In this document: one piece after another, positions 13,058-24,513 of the stretch
Layout of the letters: every line of letters begins with the position of its first letter
Position numbering within the stretch: the first letter of the stretch is position 1
DNA from: Podarcis gaigeae
Taxonomy: Eukaryota
Assembly: GCA_964106915.2 (NCBI GenBank)
Contig: OZ066918.1
Strand: one strand, 5' to 3'
Length of the DNA stretch: 64,000 bases
Notes under the pieces: model-generated
Databases searched by the model: none
Told to the model about the DNA's origin: nothing
What the model saw: only the letters and a program-made list of their open reading frames with translations
Position numbers and translations under genes: made by a program

Positions 13058-13058
13058 A

Positions 13059-13101
<43 letters not shown>

Positions 13102-13395
13102 TCATTATTTGTACTTTGTACCCCTCCCATTTGACTGGGTTTCCCAGCCACTCTGGGCAGCTTCCAGCATATGTAAAAACACAGTAAAACATTAAACCTT
13201 CAAAAGCTTCCCTATACAGGGCTGCCTTCAGATGTTTCCTAAATGTTATATAATGATCCTTAACATCTGATGGGAGGGCGTTCCACAGGGCAGGTGCCAC
13301 TACTGAGATGGCCCTCTGCCTGGCTCCCTGTAGCTTCACTTCTCGCAGTGAGGGAACCGCCAGAAGGCCCTCAGAGCTGGATCTCAGTGTCCAAT
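13058..13395 (-). mobile_element. L2 LINE 3' end with (TTA)n tail
   Basis: ORF ..RAISVVAPALWNALPSDVK..ITFRKHLKAALYREAF is the L2-type ORF2 C-terminus; (TAA)n microsatellite at about 13060-13100. Confidence 0.85.
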
Positions 13396-14991
13396 TTATC
13401 ACCTTCTCATTTTGTCAGAAACAGGAAACTACAGTTCAGAACAAGTCAGGCAATTAAGGCAACTTAATCTGAACAGGGAAATTCTCTATTCATAGTAATC
13501 TATGTGTATTTAAAGATGTTTCAAATGTGTTAAAAACAGCTGGAGGGACAAGCAGGCCCCAGGGTTATTTTAAGAAGTTACTTAAGGAGCTTAATGTATA
13601 CATGCTTATTTTGTAGAAGTTTTTAATTCTAAAAGAGAACTTGTTTCAGATTGTTGCTGTTATTTTTCTAAGATTGCATTTGCTGTTTTATGGTGTAATT
13701 TTGAGGTTTTAATTATTGAACTCAGCCTTGATGTTTTTTGGAAAAGCAGGATTAAAAAAATAGACCAAATAAGTAAATTCACACTCATTTTAAAATACTA
13801 CTCAGATATAGGACAGCTCTTACTAAAAGCAGCTCTTAAGGAATTCCTATGTAATTACACAACATTTTTTAAAAAATGAAAGAATTCCAATGATCCGTGA
13901 CCAAGATATTTAATTTGGAGAGATCCACAGCAGACTCACCACACCAGGCAATGAATCCTTGCATCTAATTTTAAGAAATAAGAAATCCCAAGGCAGAGTC
14001 TCTGCTGCTAAGCACAGCTAGAGAAGCATGATGCGGTAACTGAATCTCTAGTGAATCTCAGATGCCGAGGTCAGATTACATCTTGCCTATCCCTAAATTC
14101 TACCCATAGCAACAATAACTCCAAACTAAAAAAAAATGAAGAGGGTGGGAGCACATGGTATTTGGATCAAGTTGTGCTTTACTTTAGCTGTAAAATTATT
14201 TAAGAGAGACAAACCTTCATATGAAGTATCACAGCTTTTGAAGCCCTTTCTTCACTGATAAAAACTACTAGTAAAGCAACGGCCCAATGCAAGTCGAAAA
14301 ACTGGAACTATCCCACAAAAATGTGAATATTGATCATTTTAAGCCAGAGGGATTCCACTGGAACAACAAAATTATTTCTAAAGGAATCCGAACCCTAATC
14401 TACCTTTCCCTTTAAAAATTGAGTTCACTAAAGGTAGAACTTTAACTGGTGGTCTTCAGAGGCTAGAAAGAGAAATGTACATGTACCCACCCTTACAGCA
14501 ACAGAATAAATATCCATCACCATTATTATTATTTTTTTAAAAGCTGCACCTGAAATGCAAGACTGGCATTCTACAGTCAAGAGGAAAAACGAAACAAGAC
14601 ACCAATGTCCCAAGACCCCTTCACAGGCAGCAGGAACCGAGCATGCAAGGGCAGAACCCTTGCAAAGAAAGCGAGAAGAGCCTCTTTAAAAAGGACAGAA
14701 TATATTTTGCATTCCCCATTACTCTCTGAGCATTCGCAAATGGTTCTTGCACTTCCGTTCAAACAAACTATTTCTCGCACCATCATATCGCCATAGTTTA
14801 TTCTTTCATTATATATCTGCTCACAATGCTGGATACAGTTTTAAATCTAAAGTGCTTATAAAACAAGAATCCATGCAGAAAAAAGACATGTGGTTTCTTA
14901 ACGTATTTTTATGTATCAGAGACTGGAAGGTGAATGGCAGAATTGTCACTGAGCTTTGAGCATTCTCAGCAAAATTATAATTTAATCAATA

Positions 14992-15240
14992 CAGTGATAC
15001 CTTGGTTTGCATACGTCTTGGTTTGCATACATTCTGGATTACAAACCCGTCAAACCCGGAAGTGTGTGTCCTGGTTTGCAACCTTTTTTTGGAATACAAT
15101 CCTTTTTTTTATTTTTTTTGGATTACGAACAAATTTATTTTGGAGGTCCCATTGACGAAAGCGCGCTTTGGGTTACAACCTGTTTTGGTTTACAAACGGA
15201 CCTCCGGAACGGATTATGGTTGTAAACCAAGGTACCACTG
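14992..15240. mobile_element. Tc1/Mariner (Tigger-like) MITE
   Basis: TA|CAGTGATACCTTGGTTT ... AAACCAAGGTACCACTG|TA; TA target duplication. Confidence 0.9.
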
Positions 15241-15489
15241 TAATAGGTAAGCAAACCAGCCGCCTTCAGTGCTTCATTCCAACGTGGAAGATAGCCCTGT
15301 ACCATTTCACTGGAGAGGCTACTAAATTTATCATGCCAGGCTGCCACAGCTGCTGTGCTTTGGTGTGCATTCTCTATTTGCCTAGGGAGCCATGGCTGGA
15401 CCAGATCACCAGCAAACTGAGCCCAGTGTGATAGAACTCACCCTTGCAGAAGCCAAACCGGTTCTACTTCAACAAGACTTGTTCTTCTA

Positions 15490-16100
15490 GACACTTGGTA
15501 CTCCACTCTTTAATAATGTTTTTCCTAAACTTCCCTGGCACAGATGCTACACTAACCAGCCTGTGATCTCCTGGGTGCCTATTTAAAAATCGGTATTACA
15601 TTGACTAGTTTCCAGTCTTCAGGGACTGATCTTAGGGGGGATGTGACATAGTTTTGTTAGAGGACTGGCCATTTCACACTTGAAGAACTCTTTTAAGATC
15701 TCTTGAGTAGAATCCACTCAGACCCAGATTTGCCAGCTTTTTATTTTGTCAATAAGGGAAGCTTAGTTCCTTGTCATCACTATTTGCCTCAGTTCCTCAG
15801 AAGCCCTTCCTGAGAAGTTAGTTTAGACACAGAGATATGCCTTATATCTTCCTCTGTGTAGAAAGATGAAGATAATTCATTCAGCTTCTCTGCTATCTCC
15901 TCATCTTCCTTTAGCACACCTTTGACTCCCTTGTCATCCAAACACCCAATTACCTTCCTAGCTGGTCTCCTGCTAATAATGCATATTAAAATAAATGTTG
16001 TTGGTCTTTATGTTTTAAGCAAGGTGCACAGCCTTACAGCCTTTCTGTCAAAGTTTGCGTTCCTTTTTGTTCTCATTTGGACAAAACTTTCACTTTCTGA
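15490..16100 (-). mobile_element. Degraded CR1 LINE ORF2 fragment
   Basis: Minus strand contains decayed sequence resembling the KSPGPDGIHPRVLKEL..EDWK.ANV.P motifs; many disablements. Boundaries approximate. Confidence 0.6.
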
Positions 16101-18269
16101 TTGCATTTCTAATTGCAATTCAGCGCTTGTCAGTACAGATGTTCAGATGTCAGTGAGCGAAAGAGCCTCTCATAACAGACTTCCAAAAGTCTTCAAGTGC
16201 TACGGAGGTAATGCCCTATTTGCTTAGAGCATAATCCTTCATATTAAAGAAAGAAGTTCCTCAGGGGAATGTTCTGTCACAGCTTCCTCAAGAATACACA
16301 TGCTTGTCAAGAGAGGCAACTCAACACAGTGCTGCTTCAATGTGAATCTGTGCAGCCTTATTTAAGAGAATTCATCAGCATGCCAGACGCTTCTCACTTG
16401 AAAAATCCCCCAAGGCATTAGAAGTGCATTCCAGGCATAAACATCAGCAAATGTAAGAGTTGGAAAGCTTTATAAAATGATCACTGCATTTAATTAGAAG
16501 CATATTTTTGTCATTATCCTGCTTTTTCCTCAGTTCCCTCAGTACCTTTCAGTTAAAATCATGAGGTGAGAAGCACAGGGAATGCATTTTAATAAGCTGA
16601 AGTATTAACTGCAGCCAGATAGGCTTTAACACTCTATTTACCTAAGGGAGACCCGTCCTTGAAAAGTGTCTACACTATTGATTACACAGAATAAGTTATA
16701 CAAAACAGGTAAATCAATATATCTGATTAGCTCACTCATGCAGTGTGCTACCTTTCAGAATGCACATAGCTCAGCCTCTCTTTATCACCACCTAGCCAGG
16801 TGGGAAAGGCCCTCACTATCAGCCTCATCCATGTGATTCCATGGCTTCTAACGTTAGTGAAATTGTGTGGATGTGACTCCTGAGATGATGTGGGAACACA
16901 GGACTTTGGGATCCTACCATGGGATAAAAGAAGAGCAAATTTAGGGTTATACTGAATGCATCCTTGCATTTAATGTGCAGGTTTTGTTTTTTTTTAAAAA
17001 AATGCAAATTGTATAAATTGGGAGGGCTGGTGTTTTTGAGATCACAGGCAAACAGAATATATCTGCAATGGGAGAAAGTCCCCCATTGGCACTAGTTCAA
17101 TACCAGCTTTGGAAGGGATTTTCTGCAAGACCACAGCAGAGGAAGAAAGCCTGAAATTCCCCTTGCCAATTTGCTCTGAATTATGACACACATAATTTTG
17201 TGGGTTTTTTAAACAAAAAACTGCACATTAAATTTCTAAGATGTATTTGACACTTTTGCATGTAACATTGACCACAAATTAGCCTTCCTCAAACATCAAT
17301 TTTGGACTAGCATTAGCCCCAGTCCATTCAGCTAATGACCATGCTGACTGGGGTGGATGGTAGTTGTAATCCTATACAACCGGAGAGCACTAGATTGGTA
17401 AAGCCTGGTATAAACCAATATGCAATATGTGGGTTTGCGAGAAATGGGAATCCCTTCCCTGCCCTAGGAGGAGAGGAACAAAATGGGAGAGTGCTTGAAC
17501 TGTGTACTTCTCATACAGAAGCTAATTTTCCTAATCATAGTTATGGCTACTGATGCATGCTAACATAGCGATTATCATGTCTAGCTCAGCCCAAACACAC
17601 CTCGTTTTGGAAGGCATGGTTGACTCTCTCGTGACACAGATCAGAGGTAGCTATCTCAAGGAAACTGATAATGTAAGCTGATCCTCTATCACTCAGTTAT
17701 GTTGAACGGAATTCAGTCACCTGTTCCATCTTCAAGTAGTTTGTGGCAGATAGATTAAGATAGCTTCAAAGTACAGGGATATGTGGTGAGAATTAGTTTA
17801 CGCATAAAATTTGGAATTTTAATGTAAATATACCCATAGGCAAATACCTCCCATTCACACAAAATATAAATTAAATATTTGTGAAAAACAGATTTGCCTC
17901 ACTCTCTTATGAATATAAAGATAATTGATTTTATTAAACCAAAATGGAAAAATCAACCATTGCTGCTCAGTAAAAAATGATCACAAAAAGGAGAAGAAAT
18001 TTAATGTAGCATCTAGTTGGTTTACCAAATGTTAAATAATTCTGTGTTTAAATGACTTAATACTGAACTCTTGCAACAACTTTTTTGTTGGGAAAAGTTA
18101 AGTCTCCATGTTTTAAAAAAAGGCCTTTTTAGATTTCAAATGATGAAAGCCAACAGTCTTTTTAAGGTAATGGGGGAAATAAGAAATATATACTGTCCCT
18201 TTTAAAAGGAGGTGCACATATGGGATCTGAAGCACAAATTGGTTGAAGCACATGCTGACAAGTCAGTAC

Positions 18270-18281
18270 CTGCCAAAAATC
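18270..18281 (-). CDS. MICU1: MICU1 12-nt microexon DFWQ (orthologue of the mammalian muscle MICU1.1 EFWQ microexon)
   Basis: Long pyrimidine tract ...tttccccctctcatcag|GAT TTT TGG CAG|gtactg. Phase 0/0, between exons 5 and 6. Confidence 0.92.
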
Positions 18282-20878
18282 CTGATGAGAGGGGGAAAGG
18301 TTAGGAAGAAAGGGAAGAAAATGAGCAAAGGTTTGGTTACAGAAACAAAAACAAAAAACAAAAACAAAATAATTACAAACTGTACATCGTTAGAGGAACC
18401 ACAGAATAAAACAAATAAAGAAAAAAACCCAATTCATGTCTCAGGAACAAGATACTGCTGCACACCTTAGAACCAAGAAATAAAAGGAGGCACAAAAGGT
18501 CAGTGAGATTTAGGAGTTACCTGCCAAAACATAATAAAAATTAAAATTAGTAGTTACTAAATTAAAGGGAAAGAGAAAGATAGACTTCCATAATTCCATC
18601 AGTTTATGCCAACAAAACCAATATGCCACAAAGCTTTGACAAGAGCTGGGAAGTGGTAGAAGGGAGGCTGCTCACAGATATAAAACAATGTTTGGAAGAG
18701 CCTACAGCATCCTTATATTGCAAGCACAAACCCTTAGCAATATATTTTCTTATGCTTAAAAAGAGATGAGTCTTCCCTGATGGGCAACATCCGTATTGGG
18801 CCTGAGGCACAAACCAATTAACCGCTGCAGTTAAAAATTAATGGCTAACCCCAGGTTAAAATCTGAGATCCAAATATATCACAGGCAGCTGTCCAAGTCC
18901 TCCTGTAGGACTAACATCCTAGGAATGAGCGCTAACAGCTGAACTTGAAGTGGACTGTAAAGGGCACAGGCACATTTTTTGTCAATCGATACTTCTTCCT
19001 GGAAGATAGAATGGTCTAGTTCACATATAAGCCAAACCATGAGCGTGCAGGGCTCCCGGACAGATTGCAGGTGCTTTGTTCCTCCTCAATCCTGGTGCTC
19101 CACTGAAGTGAGCTAAGCCATGGTGTGCCTCAGTGTGTTGTCCATGCTTGAGGTTCATCTCCTTCCCAACAATCCACCAGCTGTAAGCATGGTTTATTTT
19201 TGGGTTACACCTGGCTGTTTGTTTGGAGTAAGGTGAACCATAAGTCTGGGTTTAGGAGACATGCTGAAGTCAAACCATGCCTTAGCTCACAAAAGCAGCA
19301 GCAAAAACTGAGAAGGAATGAAGTGCCCACAATCTCCTCTCTGAGAGCCAGCACACTCATGCTCAGCGTTTCATGTACACTGAGCTATGGAAGCAGTATG
19401 TTGACTGCTGATCCTTTTCAAGCTGCTGTATATTGTAAAGGCAAAAGCAGCAGTTTTGTACATATTGACATGCACAGCTCATGACTAATGCATTCCGGAT
19501 TTGGGTTTTCCATGCCCAAGAAGCCACCCTAAATCAATCAGAACAATTTGCTGAAGCAAACAGCAAACAAAGACGTCTGGAACTTGACTGAGGGAGGGGG
19601 AGCAAATGCCCGCTGTATATTCCATTATGGAAAAATATGTTCTTTTAAGCAGCCCAATGGAATTTCTCACAGGTTACGTCCTTAACAGCTCGAATTTTCT
19701 GTTAACGGTGTGGTACAGTAAATAAATATGCAAAGAACCACCTGACAGAGCACATCTGTCACAAAAAAGGTCATCAAAAAGAGCTGAAACAATTACGCAG
19801 CCCAAATTCAGATTATCTGGATAGATTCAGTAGGATTGGTGGCATTATATATATATATATATATGCACATAAATAAAAACAGATCTGTAGCAAGATCTGA
19901 AATTTCAGAACAGCCAGTCCGCAGGGGCAAGAAAATATGCTTAGTGTCTATTATTGCAATGTCAATTAGCCAACTTGCCTTCAGGCATATCCTTGTCCGT
20001 AACACTATAAGCAGCAGGGTAGACTATTGCAGTCAAGATTATATTCAAAACAGTCATAAACAAAGTCTTGATCACATTCCAGGATAACCAAGAAATAGAA
20101 GGCTATACAAATTAAGGTGTGTGGCCATGCAGAGAGGATTAATGCCCTATTCTCCAGGCCCACCCATATTCCTGCCATCACTGCTGTGCCCGGCAGCAGC
20201 TTAAAGTGAGAGCAGCTCAGTCCAAGCCAGAGCTACTATTGCCAAGTCAAAAAGAGTCCATCCTCCCCTTCAGCTGGCCAGGCGCAGAGGCAGATGGTGA
20301 CACCATCCCATGTGTGCAATGAGCAGAGTGGGACGGGAAGGAAGAGACCAGTTCCACACCCTACGGCTGCACAGCTTGGCGGAGAAAGATGGTTCCCCTC
20401 CCCTCCGGAGGCAGGCTGGTGGGAATGGCACTCCACCTCCAGACTGAGCAGAACGGGCCTGCCTCCGAAGAAAGGAAGGGGGGGGGAGCGGCCAAAGCTG
20501 TATTCAGCTCTTAAAAGCACAGCAGCAACTGTTCACTTCATTATAGGTCAGCCCAGTAATGAGACAAAGCAGGAAAGCAGTAAGCAAATTTGACTTTGCC
20601 TGAGAGTGCTGCTCAATGAAATAAAGAGCAGGAGGGACAAGGAGGCAAATGCAGCTTTGGAATTCTGCATCTCTTTCTTATATACACAGTGAAAGAAGTT
20701 AAAAAGAGCTTGGGGAGGGGAATTCCACCTTCCCATTGATGGTATTTGCAGTTTAAAAGTTCAATTTAACACTGAATCACTGTGGGAGGAACATGTTTTA
20801 CCCTAGATATAATATTGCGAACAAAGCTATGTTTCCTGCAGGAAATCCATGATTTGAGAGGGAAGATCCTAGTTCTAA

Positions 20879-21160
20879 CTAAGATGGAGAATGCAACAAG
20901 CTGTGCTTGCTCTTGTGTGTCAGCAGTGGAGACACAAAGGATGTCTGCTCTCCCAAGGTGAGGAGGAAGGAGAAAATGAGGTCAGCAACTGCAAGAGTAT
21001 CCGTGTAGCCTGAAGGAAGGGCAGCACAGGTAAAAGGGCAGTCTAAGAAGCTTGGAGGTTCCTTTCTCTTTCCCCATGTAGAAGCATCAACCTCCAGCGG
21101 AGGCTGACTTGTATCCAACATTCTACATTCTTGGTGCTGCACAAGCCGGGCCAAGAGAGG
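20879..21160 (-). CDS. MICU1: Candidate alternative terminal exon of MICU1 (PLLARLVQHQECRMLDTSQPP...HSLLHSPS*), in frame with exon 5
   Basis: Acceptor ttctaaacag|CCT CTC TTG GCC, 190 nt after the exon 5 donor; phase 0; 93 sense codons then TAG. The polypyrimidine tract is weak and no transcript evidence is available. Confidence 0.5.
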   Translation of the reverse strand, partial: PLLARLVQHQECRMLDTSQPPLEVDASTWGKRKEPPSFLDCPFTCAALPSGYTDTLAVADLIFSFLLTLGEQTSFVSPLLTHKSKHSLLHSPS

Positions 21161-21350
21161 CTGTTTAGAATCTCAAATTTAGTCCCCTTCTCCGTGGTGG
21201 CCCATAAAAATTCCCTGCTATAATCACCTCCAAAATTAACACAGCTTTGCTTACTGCTAGACAGTTTCACAGACAGAGAGGAGAAAACAAACATTTCCTT
21301 AGTAGCTAAAATTTGTAATTAGCATGCACCCACAGGCTTAAGAATCTCAC

Positions 21351-21394
21351 CTTCCCATCATAGCGTTTCACCACAAACTGATCAAGTCCGAGGT
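21351..21394 (-). CDS. MICU1: MICU1 exon 5: (N)LGLDQFVVKRYDGK
   Basis: Acceptor tttcttttag|AC CTC GGA CTT GAT CAG; donor AAG|gtgaga. 44 nt, phase 1 in and phase 0 out; matches human HLGLDQYIIKRFDGK. Confidence 0.96.
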
Positions 21395-23025
21395 CTAAAA
21401 GAAACAAGAGAAAAGCAAAGGCTTTATGTAGCACGGATTGAATGTTATGAAATATATTCACATGGTTCAAACACATTAAGCTCTAACCAACCAAAACATA
21501 GAAAGTACAGGAAAGCTCAGCTTAATAGTAGCTTCATTTTGTATCTTATGAAATGTGTACAGATCTGGGGAATAGTAGCTATAGCTATATCAAGACGTAA
21601 TGGTGGTGCCACACCTTGCTTCTCTTAGAACTTAATACACAAGTTATTAATATCTCTACCCTTCCCTACTACCTTATACATTAACCTCTGTCCTTCAATA
21701 TTTATACTGCCTTAAGCAACAGATGCCATTAACAGATTTCAAAATTGCCATCAAACTTTAAGTAACATTCATTTCATACAAGCTGAAAGCAAACGATGGT
21801 CTATGAGCTCCAAACTAAGTGGGTAGAAAAGGTAAATTTGAAAGATGCTGAAGGGAGAAGACAGTAATCAATAGTTAATCTTACAGAAGGAGATGAAACT
21901 AAGGAGCAGATGCAGCAGTAGATAAAGGTACTAGAAATGTTGCAGTAACCTGCCATTTGCCACCATGAAATACAGTGCACACAAAATGGTGTGCTGTGGG
22001 GGAACAAGACCAAATGGGCTAAATTCACCATTTGCAGCCTTGAAGCTTCCAGCACGGACTCAATCCATTATACCAGCGTTCTACTTGCAGTAGCTAAATT
22101 GAGGAAGAAGCCGTGCACGGCATTTCCCCCATCACTGCAATCAAGATGCAATGAACTGGAACCTCAGAACCAGGAAGAAAAATAACAGCCGGAACTATTC
22201 CGCAAATGCCCGCAAAAGAGCTTATGCATGTGTTCAAACAGTGCTGTAATATGTAGGCACTATATGCCATTCTCGTGCTTTTGCTTGAAGCTGTTCTGCT
22301 TGTGCAAGAGGGTCCACATCATCTTAGGATGTAATTTTACCTTTTCCAATCAACAGTCGAGCGTCAGATGTAAAAGAGCCTTCCTTAAGCAGAGTTAACT
22401 CCGCAACAGATTGTCAGTGGTTCCATGTGTTTTGTTACGCAGAAGGGTGGGCAAATGACTTTATCCGTCAGATTTAAGGGTGAAAAACTTGCTTAAACAC
22501 ATACAAAATTCAGCTGAATCCCAGAATTGTTTTTAGTACGGTTCAACCCTAATTAAAGCTAGAAGCCAGGACAGAAAGCTTTGAGCAACAAAATATGATG
22601 AGGTGTTTGAGAATCTCTCATACTAGAAAATCACAGGTAGTTATTAACATTGAATTATGGACCAGTAATCAGAGGAAGAGAGATGAAAGACTTAAAATGA
22701 TTGGAAAGTTTGACATTGCCTTTGTTTGTTTGTTTGATGAAATTTATACACTGCTTGATTGGGGGGGGGAATGCCTCAAAGCAGTTTACAAAAAGATAAA
22801 ACTATACAAAAGTTAAAATATTAAAATAGATTAAAATTACTTCAAATTTCTAAGCATCTGCGTAGGCTTGCCTAAACAAAAATGTTTTTAGCAGGTGCCG
22901 AAAAGAATACAGTGAAGGCACCTGCTGGATCTCAATAGGCAGGGAGTTCCAAAGTGCACAGAGCACTGTTAAGAAACTGACAGCTCCTAAATTGCTATTC
23001 CTCTTTACTATATTACATCCTGTTT

Positions 23026-23497
23026 GTTGTTGTTGTTTAGTCGTTTAGTCATGTCCGACTCTTCGTGACCCCATGGACCAGAGCACGCCAGGCACTCCTG
23101 TCTTCCACTGCCTCCCGCAGTTTGGTCAGACTCATGCTGGTAGCTTTGAGAACACTGTCCAACCATCTCGTTCTCTGTCGTCCCCTTCTCCTTGTGCCCT
23201 CCAACTTTCCCAACATCAGGGTCTTTTCCAGGGAGTCTTCTCTTCTCATGAGGTGGCCAAAGTATTGGAGCCTCAGCTTCACGATCTGTCCTTCCAGTGA
23301 GCACTCAGGGCTAATTTCCTTAAGAATGGATGCGTTTGATCTTCTTGCAGTCCATGGGACTCTCAAGAGTCTCCTCCAGCACCATAATTCAAAAGCATAA
23401 ATTCTTCGGCGATCAGCCTTCTTTATGGTCCAGCTTTCACTTCCATACATCACTACTGGGAAAACCATGGCTTTCACTATACGGACCTTTGTTGTCA
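23026..23497 (-). mobile_element. BovB (RTE) LINE, 5'-truncated 3' fragment
   Basis: Open ORF C-terminus TKVRIVKAMVFPVVMYGSESWTIKKADRRRIYAFELWCWRRLLRVPWTARRSN...; (CAA)n tail; 11-bp TSD ACATCCTGTTT (23015-23025 and 23498-23508). Confidence 0.96.
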
Positions 23498-24429
23498 ACA
23501 TCCTGTTTAGTACAACCCTAAATGTTAGCAGATTTTGTATGGGAGAAAGAAGCAGCAAGGATCAATTCTGAGCTACTGTGGAAGAAGTAGTTTATGAATA
23601 AGTTATATTACTATAAACTTAACTCACATAAATACTTATTGACTGATTTAAGACTTGATGTGGTATAAACAGCATGGGACCTCTGCAACATTGGAAACTT
23701 TAATAAGGTCCAGGAAGGGAAGAGAGAAAACAATTCAGTGAGGATAAACTAATCCACTGAGCAAATACACTCCAACTGAGAAAAGCAGAATGTAGAACCA
23801 GCTATGTTTGAGACAAAAATGCGTGTTAAGAATTTCAATTTAAACCAACAACCTGGTCTGTTTGTTATGTGAGAAGAATATGATCTGTATACTTAGAATA
23901 ATTTGATTCACAGAATATGAGAAGATAGATTACCACCCTGCATATTTTGTTCTGTGTTATCACCATTGCCTACAAAATCAGACATTTCATTATTCATAGC
24001 TAAGAGAGAAGATAGGACTCATATGGAACAGCCATATTTGGCAAGATGCTTGCTAATGCCCATTTAAGCACTAAAATGTCTAAAATACAATCTACTACAC
24101 TATTAGAAAGACAAGGGATGCCAATTAAGTTTTTTGATGGCCAAATTTTACACATTTAAACACAAAAATGGGAATATATTCTTAAAATATGGAATGATTT
24201 TCATGAAGATTAAATTCAAACACATGGCAGTATAAGATTATTAATCATAGCCATTAAATCATAAAAAAGACCTCAGGATCATACCTACAGAATGGCTATG
24301 GAGGACTCTTACATTCATGGTGGATATGTCTTCCAGTTGAAAGATCTTGGTAGATATTTTAGAAGTAATACACCAGATCTTAAGGCAGCAGAACCCAGTG
24401 GTAGTTTTGATGAAATGGTTGAACAAATA

Positions 24430-24472
24430 ATGGCTGGGGGAAACCCAGCCAGATGGGCGGGATATAAATAAA

Positions 24473-24513
<41 letters not shown>
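24430..24513 (+). repeat. L2 3' tail remnant with (TTA)n microsatellite
   Basis: tggctgggggaaacccagccagatgggcgggatataaat followed by (TTA)n; same tail as the element at 13058-13395. Confidence 0.7.
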
